From contig JBJYXS010000338.1 of the NCBI GenBank assembly GCA_046260075.1, positions 1 to 32,820 of the forward strand: a stretch of 32,820 nucleotides of DNA, read 5' to 3'. This document shows positions 26,117 to 32,820 of this stretch, in pieces. Under the pieces are notes generated by a model. It had not been told where the DNA came from. It made no database searches and saw nothing but the letters and a program-made list of their open reading frames with translations. The DNA is from Anaerolineales bacterium (GTDB lineage Bacteria > Chloroflexota > Anaerolineae > Anaerolineales > RBG-16-64-43). Positions within the stretch are counted from its first letter, which is position 1, and each line of letters starts with the position of its first letter. A program made the translations under genes and the position numbers.

Positions 26117-27202
26117 CTACGGCGGACAGCCGTTCGCCAAGGCCGAATATACGGCCCGCAACAGCGAGGCATCGTCCGCGCTGTCCTGGCCAAGTTCCCA
26201 CATCATGATTCCCCCGAAGCCGTAGTTTTTCGCATAACATACTTTCTTCTGAACGGTGGCGATTCCATTAAAGAAGATGTCTTCCACTTCGTCCGTTTCC
26301 GGCGGCGGTTCGAACGTTTTCCGGATATCGGAATACGGATAACCGGTGAACGGGCTGGACATCTTCCGGCCGTAGAACGGAATGCCCAATACCAATTGGG
26401 ATCGTGCATATCCGGCCCGAAGAAATACTCCCAGATCGGAGATAGCCTGCTCGTAGGTCGAGTGGCGCGGTCCGTTGTCGTACGACATCACATGAATGCG
26501 GTCGATTCCCTGGTATGGGGCAAGGTCTATCCCGGGAAGCGGGATGATGGCGACGCTGGCGGTCAGCCCGGCCTGCTGGACGGCTTCGATGAGGGAAACG
26601 TATCCGCTGATTTCCGACGGGCTTTGCGGAAATTCCCAGTCGAAATCGAAGCCGTCGAGGTCGTTGGCGGCCGCGAATGTCATCAGCTCGTCGAAGAACC
26701 TTTGCCGCTGCAGCGGGTGGGAGACCGCCTTGGCGAAGTTTTCCGACCGGCCATATCCGCCTACCGAGACGTGCAGTCGCGTTCCGTAGCGGATTTTCAT
26801 TTCCCGCATGCGGTCCAACGTGAGCGGATCCAGCCGGCTGGTGTCCAGTGAGCCGTTCGGATCGGGTTCTGCGGAAAAATAAATGAAGTCGGAAAGGCAA
26901 TTGCCCCAGGACGGTTCGAGCAACCGGTATTCCGGCAGATACCCGGCCACGAGAAATCCATCCGGCAATCCGCCGGGGGGCGAGCACCATCCCTCCGGAG
27001 CCGGGGACGGGGACGCGTCGGCTGTCGCGGTGGGGCTGGCCGTGAAGATACGGGAGGCGGTGTGCGTCATTGGCGGCCCGGTGCTTTCCGCAACCAGGGG
27101 CGACGGCTGGGTTTGCGGAGCGCAGGCTGCAGCCAACCACGGTACGACCGCGAGAATGCCCCAACGGAAGGAAGGCTTTCCCAAGCTGTGACGGAGTGAC
27201 AT
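26117..27202 (-). CDS. Glycoside hydrolase family 18 (chitinase-like) lipoprotein
   Basis: The start is set at MSLRHSLGKPSFRWGILAVVPWLAAACAP, which carries a lipobox. The catalytic motif is LDGFDFDWEF (DxxDxDxE). It also has MSYD and GGIMMWELGQD blocks. Confidence 0.85.
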   Translation of the reverse strand: MSLRHSLGKPSFRWGILAVVPWLAAACAPQTQPSPLVAESTGPPMTHTASRIFTASPTATADASPSPAPEGWCSPPGGLPDGFLVAGYLPEYRLLEPSWGNCLSDFIYFSAEPDPNGSLDTSRLDPLTLDRMREMKIRYGTRLHVSVGGYGRSENFAKAVSHPLQRQRFFDELMTFAAANDLDGFDFDWEFPQSPSEISGYVSLIEAVQQAGLTASVAIIPLPGIDLAPYQGIDRIHVMSYDNGPRHSTYEQAISDLGVFLRAGYARSQLVLGIPFYGRKMSSPFTGYPYSDIRKTFEPPPETDEVEDIFFNGIATVQKKVCYAKNYGFGGIMMWELGQDSADDASLLRAVYSALANGCPP

Positions 27203-27422
27203 ATCGGCTGCCGTTCCGCAGTCTGCTGTTGTCCCATCGACCGGGGACTCCCCTGCCGGATTGTTCCCGAACGTCAGGGGACTGCCGCCTGCGGGGATCG
27301 AATTATACAGGTTCGGCGGGATATGGCTTTCCACGGCCGGTCGCCCGCACGGAACCGCCGGGCCGTACAGGCGGGAAAGGGGGCTACAATACCACCATCG
27401 GTAACTTTGCAAAGGAGGCTCC

Positions 27423-29363
27423 ATGCACGGCCACCATGGCTTCGGCCGGTCGGCGATGCTCAACCCCGAGGAAAAGCGCCCCGCGGTCAACCGGGCCTTG
27501 CTGTTGCGCGTGGCGGCCTACGCCCGGCCGTACGCGCGGACGATCGCCGGGATGCTGCTGCTGATCCTCTTCACTGCATCCCTGTCGCTCGTGTCCCCGT
27601 TGATATTCCGCGAGATGATTGACCGCGTGCTTCCGGCGGGCGATCTCCCGCGGCTGATCCTGCTTTCGCTGGGCCTGTTCCTCGTACCCCTCCTGCGCGG
27701 AGGGGCGGGCGTGCTCCAGCGCCGCTTAAACGCCGCCGTCGGCGAAGGGGTGATCTACGACCTGCGTGCGGCGCTGTTCGAAAAATTGCAGCGCATGTCG
27801 CTGCGTTTCTTCACCCACACCAAGGTGGGCGAGCTGATGAGCCGCCTGAACAACGACGTGGTCGGCGCGCAGAATGCGATCAGCAACACCGTCGTAAACA
27901 TCGTAACCAATTCGATCCAGGCCGCGGTCGTGCTGGGTGTGATGATCTCGCTCGAGTGGCGGCTGACGATCGTCAGCGTGCTCGTGCTGCCGTTCGCCAT
28001 CCTGATCTCGCGCCGGCTGGGCGCCAGCCTGCGCGACGCCGCCCGGCGGCAGATGGAAATGAACGCGCGCATGAACGCCCATATGAACGAGACCCTGAAC
28101 ATCGGGGGCGCGCTGTTGGTCAAACTGTTCGGACGCGCCCGCGACGAAGCGGCCCGCTTCCGCGAGCGGGCCGCTCAGGTGCGCGATCTGGGCGTGCGCC
28201 GGGCGCTGATCGGGGCCACATTTTTCGTGTTCCTCGGGCTGTTGACCGCCGTCGGGACCGCATTGGTGTACGGCGTCGGCGGATACCTGGTGATCCAGAA
28301 AACCTTCACTGTCGGTACGATCGTCGCCTTCGGTTCCTACCTCGGCAGCCTGTACGGTGCGCTGCAGGGCCTGGCCGGAGCGCCGGTGGAGTTTTCCACT
28401 TCGGTGGTGAGCTTCGAGCGCGTGTTCGAGGTGCTTGATCTGCCGCTGGATATTCCGGAACGGGCGGATGCGGCTCCGCTCGGCAGGGTGCGGGGCGAGT
28501 TGGTGTTCGAGAACGTCTCCTTCCGCTACACCGCCGACGAGGGCGGGCTGTTGAGCGATGTGAAGCGTTTCCGGATGGATTCGGTGGAGGCGGTATTCTC
28601 CGCCGCGGCGCCGGAACGGGCGGCGCCCGGCCCGGCCGAGGGAGAGGATGCATCACAAGCCCGGGCGGCTGTGTTGGAGGATATTTCCTTCCGAGTCGAA
28701 CCCGGAAAGCTGGTTGCTTTGGTCGGCCCTTCAGGCGCGGGAAAAACGACGCTCACCTACCTCATCCCGCGGTTGTACGATCCGAATGCGGGGCGGATCC
28801 TCCTGGACGGACGCGATCTGCGCGAGCTGCGGCTCGATTCGCTGGCGGCTGCGGTGGGGATGGTGACCCAGGAAGCCTACCTCTTCCACGATACCGTCCA
28901 TACCAACATCACCTACGCCCGGCCCGACGCGGCCCAAGAGGACGTGGAGCAGGCCGCGCGGACGGCCAACATCCATTCCTTCATCGCCGGCTTGCCCGAT
29001 GGATACGATACGATCGTCGGCGAGCGCGGCTACCGCCTCTCGGGCGGGGAAAAACAACGCATTGCCCTGGCGCGCGTGATCCTGAAAAATCCGCGCATTC
29101 TGGTGCTCGACGAGGCCACCAGCCATCTCGACAGCGAATCCGAGGCGTTGATCCAGGAGGCGCTGCGGCGGGTCATGGCCGGACGGACCAATGTGGTCAT
29201 CGCCCACCGGCTCAGCACGATCCTTTCGGCCGATCTGATTCTGGTGATAGACCGCGGGCGCATCGTCGAGCGCGGCACGCATGCCGAGCTGCTGGCCCAC
29301 GGCGGCCTGTACCGGCACTTATATGAAACGCAGTTCCGCACGAAGGCGGCCGGCGGCGTGTGA
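27423..29363 (+). CDS. ABC exporter, fused permease/ATPase (MsbA/ABCB type)
   Basis: A six-helix TMD is followed by Walker A (GPSGAGKTT), the signature LSGGEKQR, Walker B (ILVLDEATSHLD) and the H-loop (IAHRLST). AAGGAGG (27412-27418) lies 4 nt upstream of the ATG. An alternative start is the ATG at 27456. Confidence 0.9.
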   Translation: MHGHHGFGRSAMLNPEEKRPAVNRALLLRVAAYARPYARTIAGMLLLILFTASLSLVSPLIFREMIDRVLPAGDLPRLILLSLGLFLVPLLRGGAGVLQRRLNAAVGEGVIYDLRAALFEKLQRMSLRFFTHTKVGELMSRLNNDVVGAQNAISNTVVNIVTNSIQAAVVLGVMISLEWRLTIVSVLVLPFAILISRRLGASLRDAARRQMEMNARMNAHMNETLNIGGALLVKLFGRARDEAARFRERAAQVRDLGVRRALIGATFFVFLGLLTAVGTALVYGVGGYLVIQKTFTVGTIVAFGSYLGSLYGALQGLAGAPVEFSTSVVSFERVFEVLDLPLDIPERADAAPLGRVRGELVFENVSFRYTADEGGLLSDVKRFRMDSVEAVFSAAAPERAAPGPAEGEDASQARAAVLEDISFRVEPGKLVALVGPSGAGKTTLTYLIPRLYDPNAGRILLDGRDLRELRLDSLAAAVGMVTQEAYLFHDTVHTNITYARPDAAQEDVEQAARTANIHSFIAGLPDGYDTIVGERGYRLSGGEKQRIALARVILKNPRILVLDEATSHLDSESEALIQEALRRVMAGRTNVVIAHRLSTILSADLILVIDRGRIVERGTHAELLAHGGLYRHLYETQFRTKAAGGV

Positions 29364-29372
29364 GGAGTCGCG

Positions 29373-30491
29373 CTATCCGCCGGCGGCGATGTCGGGCGGC
29401 CCGGAGATGTCGATCGACGGCGGGGGGTCGACGCCCCGCCAGACGGCGTCGAGGGCCATCAATGCCGTCAGATTGCGCCACGGCCAGCCGAAGGTCATGG
29501 CATACGGGTCGTCGAAATAGTTGTACCACCAAGTCAGGTGCATCCCGTCGGAGCGCAGTCCGTGCCAGGGAAGGGGCTGCACGGCCCGCCAGAAGTTCCA
29601 CAACGGGATGTCGTAATCGTAAGCCATCCGCCCGACGGCGGCGTTGATCCGCCAATTCCCCTCCCAATTGCTGGCCTTTGTGTACATGATCGGGACGGTC
29701 CCGTGCTGGATCAGCGTGTCGACGATCGTCCGCATCTGGGTTTCGAACAGCGACGGGCTGGCGTAGTCCATCGTGCCGACCATCACCAGGGCGAAGCTGG
29801 GTTTGTTGATCCGCAGCTCGCACAGGAGCGGGCTCTCGCCGGCATAACAGTAGGCCGGATGGGCCCACAATGGGGAAAGGACCGCCGAGGTGGTGAAGCC
29901 GTAGTGGCCGGCGCGGCTGATCCGCCCGAAGTAACCGGCGAAGTGCTCGATCGCGTCTTGCAGGTAGGCGTATTCGCCCAGGCGGTAATAGGCCGTCGAC
30001 AGGTCGAATATGCCGAGGAAGCGCGGGGGAGTTCCCTCGCAATCGCCGATCACCGAAAAGGCGTTGCGGACGTTTCCCATGGACTGCCCCAGGGCGAAGA
30101 TCTCGCGGGCGCGGTCGCTGACCTCTGGAACGACCGGGTAGTCGTACCATTCCAGGCGGACTCGGGTCGGGGTCAGGGTCGGGCTCGCGGTCGGGGAAGG
30201 GGTGGCGGTGGGCGGGATGCTTGTGGCGGTGGCGGCTTGGGGCTGGAACGGCGTATGCGTCGCCGTCCGGTGGCCGGTCGGTTCCGCCTCGGCGGCGGGT
30301 GCGCCGGCAACGAAGGCCTGTGTGCCGCATCCCAAGGCAAGGGCAAGCAGCAGCAGGAAGGTTCCCAGGAGGATCCACCCCGATTGACGCCCCGGAAGGC
30401 GGATTCCATGATTTCCCGCGGAGCGGTTTTTCATCCGGGGTTGGGAAACGCCGGTTTTCCGGCTGTTTATCTTCTTTCCTGTAACATTCAT
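29373..30491 (-). CDS. Lipoprotein with an SGNH/GDSL-hydrolase-like motif pattern (hypothetical)
   Basis: It has an LALALGCGT lipobox and a T/P-rich linker. The motif blocks are SVIGDCEG (block-I-like, with Cys where Ser is expected), ALVMVGTMD (block-III-like) and SDGMHLT (block-V DxxH-like). The start is uncertain, with a second ATG at 30434. The family call rests on motif resemblance only. Confidence 0.6.
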   Translation of the reverse strand: MNVTGKKINSRKTGVSQPRMKNRSAGNHGIRLPGRQSGWILLGTFLLLLALALGCGTQAFVAGAPAAEAEPTGHRTATHTPFQPQAATATSIPPTATPSPTASPTLTPTRVRLEWYDYPVVPEVSDRAREIFALGQSMGNVRNAFSVIGDCEGTPPRFLGIFDLSTAYYRLGEYAYLQDAIEHFAGYFGRISRAGHYGFTTSAVLSPLWAHPAYCYAGESPLLCELRINKPSFALVMVGTMDYASPSLFETQMRTIVDTLIQHGTVPIMYTKASNWEGNWRINAAVGRMAYDYDIPLWNFWRAVQPLPWHGLRSDGMHLTWWYNYFDDPYAMTFGWPWRNLTALMALDAVWRGVDPPPSIDISGPPDIAAGG

Positions 30492-30751
30492 CCGCCGGCC
30501 TTTTCAGACGAATTCCATAAATATTACCGTGTACCGGCACATGATTTCAAGGTGACCATTTTCGACGGGTCGGGAGAGGGTATTACGGGGCCGGGTCGGC
30601 GCGAATCATATGGAGCAGCCCGCATTTTCCCGCTCCAGAGATACTTTTTTATGTTTGCCCAAGCGGCTCTTCCACGGGACACCCGGCGGCTGCCATTCCG
30701 GATACAATGATGTGTGGAAGGCCGACTGTTTTTTCGTCTGCCAATCTCGAC

Positions 30752-31558
30752 ATGAAAAAGCTCCGACCGTTTATCGGGCCGGGTGTGGTCCTTCTCCTTG
30801 CGGCGGCGGCCACCGTCGCGCTGCAGCGGCTGCCCTTTCCCTGGCCCGGCTGGCGCTTGGCTTCCTGCTACCCCGGCTGCTTCTGCGAGGCGTTCCACTC
30901 CGGGGGAGTGGTTCAGCCCCAGAGCAGTTATTCCAACCTTTTCTACATCCTGGCCGGGTTGTTGATCCTCGGCGCCGGGGGACTTGCGGGGCGGGAACCG
31001 CGCTCAAACCTCATGGCCCGCCGCAGGGGATATGTCGCGGGCTTCGGCTGGGCGGTCGTCGCGATCGGCGCCACGTCGATGTTCTTCCATGTTTCGCTGA
31101 CCCGCGTCGGCCGCTGGCTGGATTACATGGGCATGTACGCCTTCTCCGCCTACGCGCTGCTCTACGGCCTGGCCCGCCTGCGCCGCTGGAACGGAGCCGC
31201 TTTCATCACCCTATACGGCCTGCTGCTGGCGGCGCTTGGGGTGTTGTGGTTCGTCGCGCCCGGATACCGGAGGCCGCTGCTGGGCGCCTTGATCCTGGGA
31301 ATCGTCGCCGTCGAAGCCGCCGCCCATCGGCTGCGGCGCCCGATGCGCATCCGCACCCGATACCTGACGGCCGCGCTGGGCTGCTTCCTGGCCGCCTATG
31401 CCGTCAATATGCTCGATGAGAGCGGGGTGATCTGCCGCCCGGACGGTATGCTGCAGTGGCACGCCGTCTGGCATTTCCTTACCGCGGCCTCGACGATGCT
31501 GCTGTTTTTTTATTATCGGTCGGAAGATGAGGGGAAAGTAGTAAAAGGGTGTAATTAG
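30752..31558 (+). CDS. Alkaline-ceramidase-family (CREST superfamily) integral membrane protein
   Basis: The start is set at MKKLRPFIGPGVVLLL (ATG 30752). Four blocks line up with conserved alkaline ceramidase blocks as I remember them. CFCEAF matches WCEENY. SYSNLFYI matches NTxSNL. SMFFHVSLTRVGRWLDYMGM matches SxxFHxTLxxxxQxxDExPM. WHAVWHFLTA matches HAWWH. Confidence 0.78.
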   Translation: MKKLRPFIGPGVVLLLAAAATVALQRLPFPWPGWRLASCYPGCFCEAFHSGGVVQPQSSYSNLFYILAGLLILGAGGLAGREPRSNLMARRRGYVAGFGWAVVAIGATSMFFHVSLTRVGRWLDYMGMYAFSAYALLYGLARLRRWNGAAFITLYGLLLAALGVLWFVAPGYRRPLLGALILGIVAVEAAAHRLRRPMRIRTRYLTAALGCFLAAYAVNMLDESGVICRPDGMLQWHAVWHFLTAASTMLLFFYYRSEDEGKVVKGCN

Positions 31559-31583
31559 CTTTTAGAAGTCCCCATCTGCCGGG

Positions 31584-32820
31584 TCACCGCCGGCCGAACT
31601 CCGCCGCATGGCGTTCAATCACTTCCACCGCGCGGGCCGTGCCGTCTTCGGCGCGGATGGCCCGGCCGACCGCGGCGGCCCGCGCGCGGATGCCGCGGTC
31701 GTGAACGGCGGCGGATATGGCGCTCGCCAGGGATTCGGCCGTCATGCCCTTCGCGGTCGTCGTCCGCGGACCGGCGCCCATTTGCGCCACCCGTTTCGCC
31801 CAGGCGTGTTGATCGCCCGCAAAAGGGGCGACGATGCTGGGCACGCCGGATCGCAGGCCGGCACCCGTGGTGCCCGCACCGCCGTGATGCACGACCGCCG
31901 CCATCCGCGGGAACAGCCAGCTGTGCGGAACATCATCGACGAACACCGCGTCCGCCGAGGTTTCCAGGCGGGCGATTCCGCCCCATCCCGTGGAGATCAC
32001 ACCCCGCTGCCCGGAGAGTTCCAATGCGCGCAATGCCATGCGTCCCCGCCGCTCCGGTTCCTTGTCGCTCATGCTGCCGAATCCGATGTACACCGGCGGG
32101 GGTCCGCTCTCGAGGAAGCGCGCCAGCGAAGCGTCCGGGCTCCAATCCGGCCGGGCTTCGAGGAACCAATAGCCCGTGACGTGGTGGACGTCTTCCCAGT
32201 CCGGCGGTTTGGGAACCACCAGCGGGCTGTAGGCGAACAGCCAGGGCGTCCGCAGCTTCCGGCGGGAATCGAGCATCTCCCGCATCGAACGCCACGGGGG
32301 AAGCCCAAATCGCTCGGCGCGCCAGCGGTTGAACGACCCGCCGAGGAACGGCCAGGCGATGCGCAGGAACAACTCATGCGTCAGGCGGTTGATCCCGCCG
32401 CCCAGGGACGGCTGGAACGGCAGGAAGAACGCGGGGAAGGCGCGGGTGGGCGGATACATCGGCTGGGCGGACACATATGCCATCGGGATGGCTCGGCGGA
32501 AGGCGATATCCGCCCCGCCGCATTCGGTGATCGGCAGGATCAGGAAATCCGCATCCTGCGCCGCCCTCATCGCGTCATCCAATGCCCCGCCGACCAGCGT
32601 GTCCATCACGCGCCGGACCGTCCGCAGTTGACGCGGCAGGTTGCGGCTGTTTAACAGGGAGGTGATTTCCGGACTGCGGATGACGTTTTGCACGTCGAAG
32701 TGCATGATATGGACATCTACGCCGTACGACCGGATCCATCCGGCGAGATCGGGCGGGGCGACCAGCTTCGCAGAGTGGCCGGCGCGCTGCAGGCCCAGCG
32801 CCAGCGCCAATTGCGGCTGG
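31584..32820 (-). CDS. GT1-family glycosyltransferase, sterol/lipid glucosyltransferase-like (UGT80/MGT type). Partial: the 5' end lies beyond the window.
   Basis: The frame stays open past the TTG listed at 32810 and reads ...QPQLALALGLQRAGH, which is the end of the GxxGDxxP N-terminal motif. The C-terminal donor-binding block is VPHSWLFPRMAAVVHHGGAGTTGAGLRSGVPSIVAPFAGDQHAWA. Confidence 0.88.
   Translation of the reverse strand, partial: QPQLALALGLQRAGHSAKLVAPPDLAGWIRSYGVDVHIMHFDVQNVIRSPEITSLLNSRNLPRQLRTVRRVMDTLVGGALDDAMRAAQDADFLILPITECGGADIAFRRAIPMAYVSAQPMYPPTRAFPAFFLPFQPSLGGGINRLTHELFLRIAWPFLGGSFNRWRAERFGLPPWRSMREMLDSRRKLRTPWLFAYSPLVVPKPPDWEDVHHVTGYWFLEARPDWSPDASLARFLESGPPPVYIGFGSMSDKEPERRGRMALRALELSGQRGVISTGWGGIARLETSADAVFVDDVPHSWLFPRMAAVVHHGGAGTTGAGLRSGVPSIVAPFAGDQHAWAKRVAQMGAGPRTTTAKGMTAESLASAISAAVHDRGIRARAAAVGRAIRAEDGTARAVEVIERHAAEFGRR

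Noticed and set aside
25201-26193. 330-aa minus-strand ORF in an alternative frame of the radical SAM gene
   Set aside because: The neighbouring frame carries the CxxxCxxC radical SAM motif and a coherent sequence. This frame is Arg/Pro-rich shadow.
29212-30710. Overlapping ORFs of 442 aa (minus) and 390 aa (plus)
   Set aside because: They are off-frame or antisense to the SGNH-like lipoprotein gene and the ABC transporter 3' end. Both have Arg/Pro/Gly-rich composition and no motifs.

Overview
High-GC bacterial chromosomal window. Lipobox signal peptides, Thr/Pro-rich linkers and the repeat families are reminiscent of Chloroflexota-type genomes, but that is only a guess. I call 28 protein-coding genes, one decayed gene, several intergenic palindromic repeats of two families, and a few terminator-like hairpins. 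I see no rRNA, tRNA, CRISPR array, transposase or integrase. Many long ORFs in the supplied track are antisense or off-frame artefacts of the GC content, for example the 1632-aa ORF at 10532..15430. Several real genes start well inside the listed ORF, and I re-set those starts from Shine-Dalgarno sites and signal peptides. Two genes are absent from or understated in the track. One is an edge-truncated CSLREA beta-helix lipoprotein gene (1..1498, minus). The other is a 47-aa ORF (6389..6532, minus) with a near-perfect Shine-Dalgarno site. Gene content is mixed. It includes methyl-cycle genes (ahcY plus a PfkB kinase), redox and stress genes (msrA, bcp, DinB, nitroreductase, VOC), cell-envelope genes (Slt-type lytic transglycosylase, GH18, two CAP-domain lipoproteins, an ABC exporter), a ceramidase-family membrane protein and a lipid-type GT1 glycosyltransferase. 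The best candidate for a novel system is the minus-strand unit at 6532..2447. It runs from a short acidic peptide ending in GWDYWR, through a strong hairpin, to a divergent polyprenyl-synthase-fold protein, whose stop overlaps the start of a multi-pass membrane GAF/HD-GYP protein. The layout recalls the ComX/ComQ/ComP isoprenylated-tryptophan pheromone module of Bacillus, with a c-di-GMP phosphodiesterase output in place of a histidine kinase. This is inference from architecture and motifs, not demonstrated homology.
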